Source of the DNA: Candidatus Amesbacteria bacterium GW2011_GWC2_45_19
GTDB lineage: Bacteria > Patescibacteriota > Microgenomatia > CAZETR01 > Amesbacteraceae
Assembly: GCA_001001555.1 (NCBI GenBank)
Contig: LCKS01000002.1
Coordinates: 7,074-71,073 of the forward strand
Reading direction: 5' to 3'
Length of the DNA stretch: 64,000 nucleotides
The notes under the pieces are model-generated. The model saw nothing but the letters and a program-made list of their open reading frames with translations. It made no database searches and had not been told where the DNA came from. Of the stretch, positions 19,889 through 29,793 are shown one piece after another. A program made the position numbers and the translations under genes. Each line of letters starts with the position of its first letter. The stretch's first letter is position 1.

Positions 19889-20928
19889 CCATCACTCTCC
19901 TGGGTTTAGGACTCACCATCTTTGGTCTGCTGATGGTCGGCAGTTCATCGGTGGTAGATGCCGCCCGGGATTTTGGCGACAAGTGGTATTACCTCAAACT
20001 CCAATCCGGCTGGGCGGTCATGGGACTAGCCGGATTTTTTTTAATCTCCCGTTGGCCATATCAGAAACTGGAAAAACTCTCCGTCTCTTTATTGCTTATT
20101 ACTTTATTACTTCTTGTTCTCGTTCTCATCCCCGGTCTGGGATCCAAACTTCTGGGAGCGCGCCGCTGGTTAAGTTTAGGCTTTTTCAGTTTTCAACCCG
20201 CAGAGCTGGCTAAATTAACCCTGGCCATTTATTTTTCCAGTTTATTGAAAAAAGCCACCCGTTTCCGGCCGTTTATTATAGTTTTGGGGTTAACCGGCCT
20301 TTTAATTATGTTGGAACCGGATTTGGGCACAACTTTGATTTTGACCGGCAGCAGCTTACTCACCTATTTTGGCAGCGGAGGCCAACTGCGCTATCTGGGT
20401 CTGATAATTCCAGTTTTTATCATTGCCGCGGCCGCTCTCGTCTTTTTTTCTCCATACCGCCTTGACCGCCTGAAAACCTTTTTTGATTATTCCCGTGATC
20501 CCCTGGGGTCTTCTTATCACATCCGCCAGGTTCTCTTGAGCCTGGGATCGGGCGGCGTGTTTGGAGTGGGCTTAGGCCAATCCAAGCAAAAATATGAATT
20601 CCTGCCGGAAGCCACTACCGACTCCATTTTTGCCGTCATTGGTGAGGAACTGGGGTTGGTAGGGGGGTTGGTCGTCATCGCCGCGTTTCTGGTCTTTATG
20701 CGCCAAGGCTTCTTGATTGCTGCCTCCGCCCCCGATCAATTCGGGGCCAACCTGGTTCTGGCCCTGACCTCCTGGATTTCTCTGCAGGCCCTGGTTAATT
20801 TAGGCGCCATGGTAGCTATCATCCCCTTAACCGGCGTCCCCCTGCCCTTCATCTCCTACGGCGGCTCCTCCCTGGTCCTGGTTTTGCTGGCATCAGGTAT
20901 ACTAGTTAATATTGCCAAACAGAAGTGA
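19870..20928 (+). CDS. ftsW: SEDS peptidoglycan polymerase FtsW
   Basis: GARRW, FQPAELAK, EPDLGT, LPEATTDSIFAVIGEELG, TGVPLPFISYGGSSL. Start uncertain (GTG at 19870). Confidence 0.93.
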   Translation: MARSALTITLLGLGLTIFGLLMVGSSSVVDAARDFGDKWYYLKLQSGWAVMGLAGFFLISRWPYQKLEKLSVSLLLITLLLLVLVLIPGLGSKLLGARRWLSLGFFSFQPAELAKLTLAIYFSSLLKKATRFRPFIIVLGLTGLLIMLEPDLGTTLILTGSSLLTYFGSGGQLRYLGLIIPVFIIAAAALVFFSPYRLDRLKTFFDYSRDPLGSSYHIRQVLLSLGSGGVFGVGLGQSKQKYEFLPEATTDSIFAVIGEELGLVGGLVVIAAFLVFMRQGFLIAASAPDQFGANLVLALTSWISLQALVNLGAMVAIIPLTGVPLPFISYGGSSLVLVLLASGILVNIAKQK

Positions 20929-20946
20929 TATAATAAGTGCATTATT

Positions 20947-21186
20947 ATGAAAGTCAAGAAACTCGATTATCTTATTGAGTTAGTCTACGATAAAGCCTAT
21001 AAGGGTTATGTCGCTGAAGTAGTTAATCTCTATGGTTGTATGTCTCAGGGTAAAACTAAAAAGGAAGCATTAACAAACGTCGACAAAGCCATTAAAGCTT
21101 ATATGGAAGCATTAACCAAAGCTGATAAGGATACGGAATTTGTTCAACGAAGAGTCAACACTCCCGTTCCTCTGGCTTATGCCTAA
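20947..21186 (+). CDS. hicB: HicB-family antitoxin
   Basis: GYVAEVVNLYGCMSQGKTKKEALTNVDKAIKAY. Confidence 0.88.
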   Translation: MKVKKLDYLIELVYDKAYKGYVAEVVNLYGCMSQGKTKKEALTNVDKAIKAYMEALTKADKDTEFVQRRVNTPVPLAYA

Positions 21187-21400
21187 GCTGACGAATATTT
21201 CAGGCAGGAATGCAGTTAAAGCTTTTATCAAATTTGGTTACTTGCATGTACACACTTCTGGCGACCATGCAATCCTGCAAAAATCCGGATCTCCTAGCTT
21301 ATCTATACCTTTACACAGGGAAGTGGCTCCATTTCTCTTAAAATCTCAGGTCAAAAAAGCAGGTATTTCAATTGATGATTTCATTAAGGAGTTGAAGTAA
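21179..21400 (+). CDS. hicA: HicA-family mRNA interferase toxin
   Basis: MPKLTNISGRNAVKAFIKFGY...SGDHAIL...SIPLHREV...KKAGISIDDF. Confidence 0.88.
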   Translation: MPKLTNISGRNAVKAFIKFGYLHVHTSGDHAILQKSGSPSLSIPLHREVAPFLLKSQVKKAGISIDDFIKELK

Positions 21401-21406
21401 AAGAAT

Positions 21407-21473
21407 CGGTTCCTCCCTGGTCCTGATCCTCCTGGCCTCCGGCATTCTCGTCAACACCGCCCGCTGCTCATAG
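21407..21473 (+). pseudogene. Displaced duplicate of the ftsW 3' end
   Basis: Encodes GSSLVLILLASGILVNTARCS* versus the ftsW terminus GSSLVLVLLASGILVNIAKQK* (20863-20928). Confidence 0.85.
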
Positions 21474-21477
21474 AAAA

Positions 21478-21513
21478 TTGACAAATAAAATGCGACCGCA
21501 TTATTTTTGTCAA
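21478..21513. repeat. Solo 36-bp palindrome with CGACCG core, related to the repeats flanking the PaaX-like gene
   Basis: TTGACAAATAAAATGCG-AC-CGCATTATTTTTGTCAA; arms 15/17 complementary. Confidence 0.7.
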
Positions 21514-21550
21514 ATAAAAGCATCATGGTCAATAATGTTACAATGAACTT

Positions 21551-22615
21551 GTGAAAACGTTGGTGTTTACCGGGGGGCATCATACGAGCGCTTTGGAAGT
21601 GGCCAAGGCGCTGAAAGACAAAGGATGGCAGATAGTTTGGTTCGGCCACCGCCACTCCATGTGGGAAGACAAGTTAGATTCTGCCGAATATCATGAAGTA
21701 ACAACCGCAGATATTAAATTTATTGATCTGAAAGCCGGCAAATTCTACCGGACTTTTAACCCTCTCAAACTCATCTCTATCCCATACGGCTTTTTTCAGG
21801 CCCTGTTACAGTTACTGTTACTGCGCCCAAACGGCATCGTCTCCTTCGGCGGCTACCTGGCCGTCCCTACCATTCTGGCCGGCTGGCTGCTGGGAATCCC
21901 GTCCATTACCCATGAGCAAACGGTTGTCTCCGGCTGGGCCAATAAATTTATTTCTCTCTTTGTTAAGAAAATAGCTCTGGCCTGGCCAGACAGCACCCGG
22001 CGCTACCCGCGCAGTAAATCCGTGGTTATCGGCCTGCCTCTCCGCGACGAAATAATCAGAATTAAAAAATATAATAGCTTCGCTGGAAAATTAAAAATTA
22101 AAAATTTGGTCTATATCACAGGAGGAAAACAAGGATCACAAACTATTAATAAGGCAGTTTTTGCCGCGCTTCCTAAATTGCTGGCCAGTTATCAGGTTGT
22201 ACATCAAACCGGAAATTTAGATTATTCCCCGGCCCGGTCCCATATTAAGGATGGATATGAGTGTTTCGCCTTTGACTCGGCTAAAGCCATATCTGCTCTG
22301 GCTCAAGCCGCGGTGGTCGTCAGCCGGGCCGGCGCCCACATTGTTTACGAATTGGGATATCTGGGAATTCCGTGTGTGTTAATTCCCATTCCGTGGGCCT
22401 CCCACAACGAACAACTCCTCAATGCCCAGATACTGGAGGGCAATCACCAAGCCGTTATTTTACCGGAATCTCAATTAACCCCCCAATCACTGATTTCTTC
22501 AATTAAACAAGCCATGCACTTAAAACCCCGCTCCCTGGATCTGCCCACTGACGCTGCCGAAAAACTGGTTCAAATTACAGCTAGCCTCTTTACAACCGCT
22601 GACCGTCAGAAGTAG
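21551..22615 (+). CDS. murG: Lipid II GlcNAc transferase MurG
   Basis: FTGGH, SFGGYLAVP, HEQTVVSGWAN, ITGGKQGS, VSRAGA, HNEQLLNA. Confidence 0.93.
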   Translation: MKTLVFTGGHHTSALEVAKALKDKGWQIVWFGHRHSMWEDKLDSAEYHEVTTADIKFIDLKAGKFYRTFNPLKLISIPYGFFQALLQLLLLRPNGIVSFGGYLAVPTILAGWLLGIPSITHEQTVVSGWANKFISLFVKKIALAWPDSTRRYPRSKSVVIGLPLRDEIIRIKKYNSFAGKLKIKNLVYITGGKQGSQTINKAVFAALPKLLASYQVVHQTGNLDYSPARSHIKDGYECFAFDSAKAISALAQAAVVVSRAGAHIVYELGYLGIPCVLIPIPWASHNEQLLNAQILEGNHQAVILPESQLTPQSLISSIKQAMHLKPRSLDLPTDAAEKLVQITASLFTTADRQK

Positions 22616-22631
22616 AATCCCATTATCAAGC

Positions 22632-23873
22632 ATGGCCAAGAGCAAACAAATAAGCTCTATCGACATTGGTAGCACCAAAATAACTACTTTGGTGGCCCAG
22701 ATCCGCGAAGAAGACTCGTCTAAAATTCACATTGTGGGAGCGGCCACCTCTCCGTCCAGAGGGATCCGTAAAGGTCAAATTGTTAATATCGACGAGGCAG
22801 TCGAAAGCATCGTTGAGTCGGTAGAATCGGCCGAACGCATGGCGGGTTATAATGTGGCCCGGGCCTGGGTCTCGGTAGACGGTACCCATATCGCCTCTCA
22901 AAATAGCCAAGGAGTGGTGGCCATTTCCGATCCTCACGGAGAAATATCCGGCGAGGATGTGCGTAGGGTTCTGGAAGCCGCCCGGGCTATTTCCCTGCCC
23001 ACTTCTTCTGAGATCCTCCACGTCATACCTCGTTCTTTTTCGGTGGATAGTCAGCAGGGGGTAAGGGATCCCATCGGCATGACCGGAGTTCGCCTGGAGG
23101 TGGAAACCCATATCGTTACCAGCTCGACTACTGCCCTTAAAAATTTGAGCAAATGTGTCGGTGAAGTGGGATGTGATGTTTCCGGATTGGCTTTCGGAGG
23201 CTTGGTTTCCAGCCTGGCGGTCCTCACCGACACCGAAAAGGAATTGGGGGTAGTATGTGTGGATATCGGCGGAGGTACCACCGATATCGTCATTTATGTT
23301 GACGGAGCTCTTTCCTATTCATCGGTTCTTCCCGTGGGCGCGCGAAACGTGACCAATGACCTAGCTATTGGACTGCGCATCTCTTTGGAAAGTGCCGAAA
23401 AAATAAAAGTCTTTATTAGCCAGAGCCGTAAAGACAAAGAAGACGAAATAGACCTTTCCCCCCTGGCTCTTCCCGAAGAATTGAAAACTATTTCCTACAA
23501 AACGTTGGTGGAGGGAATTATCCGCCCCCGTCTTAATGAGTTGTTTCAGATGATTTCTTCCGAGATAAAAAAAAGTAATTTGGCCGGGCTGACACCGGCG
23601 GGCCTGGTGATTTGCGGTGGTGGAGCCCTAACAGTGGGATTGGTTGATTCAGCCAAAAGGATTCTTAGCATGCCCGTGAGAATCGGCTGGCCTACCGGTT
23701 TAACCGGTTTAATTGACGAAATTGAGAGCCCGGCTTTTGCCGCATCTGTAGGACTTCTCAAGCATTCTTTGGACAATGCAGAAGAAGCCGGTTTGGGGAA
23801 TTTCCTGGACAAAATCCCGCTCACCGGATTGATGGGCAAAATCAGTAGTGCTCTTAAGTCTTTACTACCTTGA
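22632..23873 (+). CDS. ftsA: Cell division protein FtsA
   Basis: IDIGSTKI, GIRKGQIVNID, DPIGMTGVRLEV, VDIGGGTTD, AEKIK. Confidence 0.97.
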   Translation: MAKSKQISSIDIGSTKITTLVAQIREEDSSKIHIVGAATSPSRGIRKGQIVNIDEAVESIVESVESAERMAGYNVARAWVSVDGTHIASQNSQGVVAISDPHGEISGEDVRRVLEAARAISLPTSSEILHVIPRSFSVDSQQGVRDPIGMTGVRLEVETHIVTSSTTALKNLSKCVGEVGCDVSGLAFGGLVSSLAVLTDTEKELGVVCVDIGGGTTDIVIYVDGALSYSSVLPVGARNVTNDLAIGLRISLESAEKIKVFISQSRKDKEDEIDLSPLALPEELKTISYKTLVEGIIRPRLNELFQMISSEIKKSNLAGLTPAGLVICGGGALTVGLVDSAKRILSMPVRIGWPTGLTGLIDEIESPAFAASVGLLKHSLDNAEEAGLGNFLDKIPLTGLMGKISSALKSLLP

Positions 23874-23913
23874 GTTGCCCTGATACAATCAGACCCACTC
23901 CTGCCCGCTATGT

Positions 23914-25056
23914 ATGGCTTTAGTCAAACCTGACGTTGGCCGCTACGCCAAGATAAAAGTTTGTGGAATTGGTGGAGGAGGGGGGAACGCGCTTAACTCC
24001 ATGATTTCTTCGGGAACGATTAACGGAGTTGATTTTATTGCTGTTAATACTGACGCCCAAGTTCTTCTGACTAATCAAGCCAATCTCAAACTGCAAATTG
24101 GGGAAAATCTCACCCGGGGCTTGGGTGCCGGCGGGGACCCGGAGATTGGCCGCCAGGCTGCCGAAGAGTCCCGCGAAAAGATCAAGGAATATCTTATCGA
24201 TTCGGATATGGTTTTTATTACTGCCGGCATGGGAGGCGGAACCGGCTCCGGAGCCGCTCCGACAATCGCCGAAGTCGCCCGCGAAATTGGCGCTCTGACC
24301 GTGGGGATTGTCACCAAACCCTTCGCTTTTGAAGGTACTCGGCGCATGGTCAACGCTGAAGAGGGTATCGAGCAACTTAAAAACAAGGTTGACACTTTGA
24401 TCATTATCCCCAACCAGCGCCTCTTGGACGTCATTGACCGTAAAATGACTCTTTTAGAAGCTTTCCGGGTAGTGGATTCAGTTCTATCTCAAGGAGTACA
24501 AGGTATTTCGGATATTATTACCGTCCCTGGCCTTATTAACGTCGATTTCGCCGACGTCAAAACCATTATGAAAAATGCCGGATCTGCCCTGATGGGTATT
24601 GGGACCGGAGTGGGGGACAACCGGGCCCAGATGGCTGCCCGGGCTGCCGTTTCCTCCCCACTTCTGGAAATTTCCATCGAAGGCGCCAAGGGTATTCTCT
24701 TCAACATCACCGGGGGTCCGGATATGACCATGGCCGAAGTGGACGAGGCCGCCCGGATAATTTCCGAGGCCGCCGACGCTGACGCCAATATCATCTTCGG
24801 CTCTACTCTGGACGAAAAACTTATCGACCAGATGAAAATTACCGTCATTGCTACCGGCTTTGATGAGGCCCGGGTCCGTCTGGCCAACATGGTGACCCGT
24901 TCCCGCCCTGTGGCCGCCTCCGGCATGATCGGAATCGTTTCCGAAAAGCCCAAAGTCGAACCTGAACCCGAGCCTGAATCTTTCACTCCCCCGGACCTGG
25001 CCGAACCCATGGCCGACGATTGGGACATCCCAGCGTTTTTGAGGCAAGGGAGATGA
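23914..25056 (+). CDS. ftsZ: Cell division protein FtsZ
   Basis: GGGGGNA, GMGGGTGSG tubulin signature, INVDFADV, C-terminal DIPAFLR. Confidence 0.99.
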   Translation: MALVKPDVGRYAKIKVCGIGGGGGNALNSMISSGTINGVDFIAVNTDAQVLLTNQANLKLQIGENLTRGLGAGGDPEIGRQAAEESREKIKEYLIDSDMVFITAGMGGGTGSGAAPTIAEVAREIGALTVGIVTKPFAFEGTRRMVNAEEGIEQLKNKVDTLIIIPNQRLLDVIDRKMTLLEAFRVVDSVLSQGVQGISDIITVPGLINVDFADVKTIMKNAGSALMGIGTGVGDNRAQMAARAAVSSPLLEISIEGAKGILFNITGGPDMTMAEVDEAARIISEAADADANIIFGSTLDEKLIDQMKITVIATGFDEARVRLANMVTRSRPVAASGMIGIVSEKPKVEPEPEPESFTPPDLAEPMADDWDIPAFLRQGR

Positions 25057-25063
25057 CAGAATT

Positions 25064-25306
25064 ATGGTGAAAGAACTTATTTCCGGATTTTTTCATAAGC
25101 CAGATGGATCTGACGCGGACATTTTAGCCGCAAGCGCCCGTCGGAGCTTGTACTTATTAGCGTTCTCCATATCGATCCCAGCAATGTTCGTCGCAATGGT
25201 TGCCAAACCAGAGGCAGCGGCATTTTTAGTCAGATCTGAAGGTGTTTTTGCTATTGCTTTAAGCTTTGCATATATGATAGTCAGGCCTGGCAAACCAAGT
25301 TCATGA
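25064..25306 (+). CDS. Small hypothetical membrane protein
   Basis: 80-aa ORF with two hydrophobic segments. Confidence 0.5.
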   Translation: MVKELISGFFHKPDGSDADILAASARRSLYLLAFSISIPAMFVAMVAKPEAAAFLVRSEGVFAIALSFAYMIVRPGKPSS

Positions 25307-25349
25307 TATTTCTTTTAAAGAAGGGACACTCCTTTAAGGTTAGTCCTTT

Positions 25350-25601
25350 TTGGAGTGTCCCGAAAGTATTTACAAATTAAAGCGGTCGTATAAAAGAGAA
25401 CTTTATGCATGGGGTTTCGCTCTGGTTATAATCGCCACACCATTTATCTTAATAGCTAGGCCTGAAATATCAGGCTACACGCTTCAAAGAGATATTATAG
25501 CCATGATTGTCTTAGGACTTTTGTACCATCATCCGGGTTCTCAATTTGAGGAATGGGAAAGACTTGTCGTGAACAAAATTCAAGGTAAAAAACCTGTGTA
25601 A
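25350..25601 (+). CDS. Small hypothetical membrane protein (start uncertain)
   Basis: 83-aa ORF with two hydrophobic segments; TTG start directly after a REP-like tandem. Confidence 0.4.
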   Translation: MECPESIYKLKRSYKRELYAWGFALVIIATPFILIARPEISGYTLQRDIIAMIVLGLLYHHPGSQFEEWERLVVNKIQGKKPV

Positions 25602-25646
25602 AGACGGACAAATACATTCGGGTTAGAATTTTGATAAAATCACTTC

Positions 25647-28472
25647 ATGGCTTTTAAACCGGTTACTCCTCAAGTTGATTTTGTGGTTTTGGAAAAAGAG
25701 CTGCTCAAAGAGTGGTATGAGAAAGGGATAGTCGATAAATATTTGCACAAGAACGATAACGCAAAAAAGAGATTCAGTTTTTTAGATGGGCCCATCACCG
25801 CCAACAATCCCATGGGCGTCCAGCACGGTCAAGGTCGCACTCTCAAAGATCTTTTTCAGCGTTACAAAAACGCCCGCGGTTTTAAGCAGCGTTTCCAGAA
25901 TGGTTTCGACTGCCAGGGACTTTGGCTGGAAGTTCAAGAAGAAAAAGACCTCGGGTTAAATAGCAAAAGAGACATTGAGACATTTGGGATCGAGAAATTC
26001 TGCACCAGGTGTCGTCAGAGAGTAGAAAAGTTTTCCCAGATTCAAACTGAGCAGTCAAAACGTTTAGGCATGTTTATGGACTGGGATAACTCTTACTACA
26101 CCATGTCCGAGACAAATAACCTTTACATTTGGTATTTTCTCAAAAAATGTCATGAGAAAGGATGGTTGTATGAAGGCGTGGATTCTATGCCGTGGTGTCC
26201 CCGTTGCGGTACAGCCATTAGCCAACACGAACTGTCTGATGATGGCTACAAGACAGTCGAACACATGTCAGTTTACGTCAAGTTCAAGCTCAAAAATGAG
26301 CCTCGAACTTCACTTCTGATTTGGACTACTACTCCGTGGACCTTGGCTGTCAATGTTGCAGTAGCCGTCCATCTCCAAAAAGACTATGTCAAAATCAAGC
26401 TTAACAGCACCAATGAATTTCTTATTCTCGCCGCTAGCCGCCTTTCGGTAATTGCCGAAAAATACGCGGTAGTTGAAAAATTTCAGGGTAAAAAACTCTT
26501 AAATGTCGAATATTTGGGCCCTTTTGACGAATTACCCGCTGTCAGTGGAACCACACATACCATCATCGAATGGAAAGAAGTCTCTGATGCTGAAGGCAGC
26601 GGCCTGGTGCACATTGCCCCGGGTGCGGGGGAAGAAGACTTTAGACTCGGCAAACAGTTTGGCTTGCGTGTGTTGGCCCCTTTAGATGAGTTTGGAATAT
26701 ACTCTGATGGTTATGGCTTTCTCACTGGCAAATTTGCCCTAGACGTTCGGAGTGAAATCTTCGCCAAACTCAAAGAAAAAAACCTCTTCTACAAACAAGA
26801 ATCGATCACCCATTCCTATCCCCATTGCTGGAGATGTAAACAGGAACTAGTTTTTCGGGCTACTTCCGAATGGTTTATTAGTGCTCAAGAAATTCGGCCA
26901 TTGATGAAAAAAGCCGCTAAAAAAGCCAATTGGCTGCCACCGTCCGCCCAAAAACGTATGCAGGACTGGTTAAACAACATGGGCGATTGGCCAATATCCC
27001 GTCGGCGATATTGGGGTCTCGCACTACCCTTTTATCAGTGTCAGGACAACCATGTCACAGTCGTTGGTTCTAAAACAGAGCTTCGGAGTTTGGCTATCAA
27101 CCCAAATTTGGTAGATAAACTGCCCGAACTCCACCGACCTTGGATTGACTCTATCAAAATCAGATGCCCCCAATGCAGTCAAGAGGCGGCTAGAACCAAA
27201 GAAGTGGGGGATTGCTGGCTAGACGCCGGAATCGTGCCATTTTCTACTTTGAAATATCTTGAAGATAAAAATTATTGGCGGGAGTGGTTTCCTACTGAAT
27301 TTATTACTGAATACATCGGCCAAATTAAACTCTGGTTTTACTCCACTCTCTTTATGTCAGTTGCTTTGGAAAATACTGTCCCTTGGAAAAATGTTTTGGC
27401 CACAGGATACATCATTGACGAAAAAGGTGAACCTATGCACAAGACCAAGGGCAATTATATTCCATTTGACGATGCCGCAGAAAAGATGGGGGTTGATGTA
27501 ATGCGCTGGATTTATGTTTCCAACAACCCCATCGAAAATATCAAGTTCGGCTACAAAATGGGCGACGAAATCCGCCGCCGCTTTCATCTCATTCTCTGGA
27601 ATGTCTACAACTTCTTCGTCACCTATGCCAATCTGGACCGATTTGATCCAAAATTAAAAATAACTATACCTTCGGATAAAAATTTTAAATTAAAAATTCT
27701 TGACGAGTGGATTCTGGCCCGATTAAATCAAACCATCACCATTGTAACCATAGGTTTAAATTCATACGATCCCTATTCTTCCAGTCACGCCATAGAAGAA
27801 TTATTAAGCGATATTTCTTTGTGGTATGTCCGCCGCAGCCGCGACCGCGTCGGTCCCACGGCCACTGATCAAAGCGATAAACTTGCGTGTCATTCCACTC
27901 TCTACTCTCTACTTTCTACTTTCTCCCAACTATTAGCTCCGTTCAATCCTTATATTTCAGATAGTATTTACAAAAATCTAACCGGGGTTGAATCAGTTCA
28001 CCTGTCAAACTGGCCCAAAGCCAGGAAATTGAGTAAAGCAGATATTCAGTTAACCGAAGATATGAAACTTGTGCGCAAAATAGTGGAAATGGGCCTATCT
28101 GAACGCAAAACAGCCGGGATGAAAGTCCGCCAGCCCCTGCGCGCTTTGCGCGTAAACGCCCAACGCTCAACGTTCAACGCTCAACTACTTCAACTCATCA
28201 AGGACGAACTGAACATTAAAGAAATAACCTGGCGTGAAGGTGAGTTGTCAGTAGATCTAGACTTGAAGCTGGATCCCGAATTATTAGCTGAAGGCCGGCT
28301 CCGCGGCCTCATCCGTCAGGTTCAGGAGAAACGCAAGGAGCTGGGCGCCCGTCTGGATCAAAAAATCCGTGTCACCCTACCCGAGCTTCCTATAGATCTG
28401 GCAGAATTTCAGCGTCAAACATTAGCCAGAGATGTAAAATCAGGACATGAGTTTCAAATCGAACTACTTTGA
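25647..28472 (+). CDS. ileS: Isoleucine--tRNA ligase (IleRS2 type)
   Basis: DGPITANNPMG, GFDCQGL, WTTTPWTL, GSGLVHIAPG, YPHCWRC, DWPISRRRYWG, DCWLDAG, WYVRRSR. Confidence 0.95.
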   Translation: MAFKPVTPQVDFVVLEKELLKEWYEKGIVDKYLHKNDNAKKRFSFLDGPITANNPMGVQHGQGRTLKDLFQRYKNARGFKQRFQNGFDCQGLWLEVQEEKDLGLNSKRDIETFGIEKFCTRCRQRVEKFSQIQTEQSKRLGMFMDWDNSYYTMSETNNLYIWYFLKKCHEKGWLYEGVDSMPWCPRCGTAISQHELSDDGYKTVEHMSVYVKFKLKNEPRTSLLIWTTTPWTLAVNVAVAVHLQKDYVKIKLNSTNEFLILAASRLSVIAEKYAVVEKFQGKKLLNVEYLGPFDELPAVSGTTHTIIEWKEVSDAEGSGLVHIAPGAGEEDFRLGKQFGLRVLAPLDEFGIYSDGYGFLTGKFALDVRSEIFAKLKEKNLFYKQESITHSYPHCWRCKQELVFRATSEWFISAQEIRPLMKKAAKKANWLPPSAQKRMQDWLNNMGDWPISRRRYWGLALPFYQCQDNHVTVVGSKTELRSLAINPNLVDKLPELHRPWIDSIKIRCPQCSQEAARTKEVGDCWLDAGIVPFSTLKYLEDKNYWREWFPTEFITEYIGQIKLWFYSTLFMSVALENTVPWKNVLATGYIIDEKGEPMHKTKGNYIPFDDAAEKMGVDVMRWIYVSNNPIENIKFGYKMGDEIRRRFHLILWNVYNFFVTYANLDRFDPKLKITIPSDKNFKLKILDEWILARLNQTITIVTIGLNSYDPYSSSHAIEELLSDISLWYVRRSRDRVGPTATDQSDKLACHSTLYSLLSTFSQLLAPFNPYISDSIYKNLTGVESVHLSNWPKARKLSKADIQLTEDMKLVRKIVEMGLSERKTAGMKVRQPLRALRVNAQRSTFNAQLLQLIKDELNIKEITWREGELSVDLDLKLDPELLAEGRLRGLIRQVQEKRKELGARLDQKIRVTLPELPIDLAEFQRQTLARDVKSGHEFQIELL

Positions 28473-29493
28473 TTGGTGGCTGATTTTACCCGCAGTTCTG
28501 CTGGTTATTCTGGGACTGGCTATTATCCGCAGCGTTTTTCCGGTTCTTGTGCCATTTCAGTTAGCCTTCGCCATTGCGGCCGCAGTAGCCTTTATATTGA
28601 CAGCCCTGGTCGACTATAAAATATTTCAAGCTCTGCACCTGCCGATTTACATCAGCTCGTTAGTTTTTTTAATTACCCCTTTCATTTTCGGCTTGCACAG
28701 CCGTGGGGCCCTGCGCTGGCTGCAATTTGGCCAGATTTCTATCCAGCCATCCGAACTGATTAGACCTTTCCTTCTTTTGGCTTTCGTCACGATGTCTACG
28801 AGATGGCGGATTATTGCGTTTATCATTCCCGCTCTTATCATTTTTTTTCAACCCGACCTGGGTACGACTCTAGTTCTCACCGTTGGCTGGTTGACAGTTT
28901 TTCTGTCAAATTTTTCATTTCGCCACACTATGTTAACCGGGCTAGCAGTTTTTTTCTTAGCCGCGCCGTTACTTTGGTTCATAATCAAACCTTACCAGAG
29001 AGACAGGATCCTGACGTTTGTTAACCCTTACTCGGACCCCCTGGACCGGGGATACCAAGTGATTCAGTCGGTTATCACTGTGGGATCCGGCCAATTCTGG
29101 GGCCGAGGCCTAGGTCAGGGAACCCAGTCCCAACTGCGCTTTCTTCCGGAGAGGCATACCGATTTTATTTTTGCCTCCCTGAGTGAAGAATTGGGATTTG
29201 TCGGAGCCGCATTTACTTTGATCCTTTTCCTGATCATTATGTGGCGTATTTACCTGCTTTCCCAATATGCAACCAATCCCGTAGTCACTCTTTATGCATT
29301 GGGGACTTTAACCATGCTTTCTTTCCAAATCTGGGTCAATATAGGTATGAACCTCGGCCTGGCCCCCATAACTGGAATTACTCTTCCTTTCGTCTCATAC
29401 GGCGGATCATCCCTGGTTTCCCTGGGATTAACTTTGGGAATCCTTACCTCCATGAACCGGCAAACATCTCCTTCCTCCTTTCAAATTAAGTGA
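28447..29493 (+). CDS. rodA: SEDS family rod shape-determining protein RodA
   Basis: IQPSEL, QPDLGT, YQRDRI, GYQVIQS, FLPERHTDFIF, ITGITLPFVSYGGSS. Confidence 0.92.
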   Translation: MSFKSNYFDWWLILPAVLLVILGLAIIRSVFPVLVPFQLAFAIAAAVAFILTALVDYKIFQALHLPIYISSLVFLITPFIFGLHSRGALRWLQFGQISIQPSELIRPFLLLAFVTMSTRWRIIAFIIPALIIFFQPDLGTTLVLTVGWLTVFLSNFSFRHTMLTGLAVFFLAAPLLWFIIKPYQRDRILTFVNPYSDPLDRGYQVIQSVITVGSGQFWGRGLGQGTQSQLRFLPERHTDFIFASLSEELGFVGAAFTLILFLIIMWRIYLLSQYATNPVVTLYALGTLTMLSFQIWVNIGMNLGLAPITGITLPFVSYGGSSLVSLGLTLGILTSMNRQTSPSSFQIK

Positions 29494-29514
29494 TTTTTGG
29501 GTATAATTTCCCCC

Positions 29515-29784
29515 ATGCAGGCCATAATCAAAATTGGTTCCTCGCAATATCTAGTCGAGCCCGGGCAAGAGTTTCTAGCCGATCGCGGCCAGATTGATGC
29601 AGTTCTTTTTCCCGATGGGGCCAAAGTTGCCATTAAGGATTTGGGTCAAGTCAAGGGCCGAAAAATTCGGGTGGCCAAATACAAAGCCAAAAGCCGTTAT
29701 CGCAAAGTCCGGGGATTTAAACCTGTTTATCATAAAATAAAAATCGAGAAAATTACTGTTGACAGCCGTGAAAAAAGAGTATAG
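29515..29784 (+). CDS. rplU: 50S ribosomal protein L21 (short)
   Basis: MQAIIKIGSSQYLVEPG...KGRKIRVAKYKAKSRYRKVRG; directly upstream of L27. Confidence 0.9.
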   Translation: MQAIIKIGSSQYLVEPGQEFLADRGQIDAVLFPDGAKVAIKDLGQVKGRKIRVAKYKAKSRYRKVRGFKPVYHKIKIEKITVDSREKRV

Positions 29785-29793
29785 GATGACACC

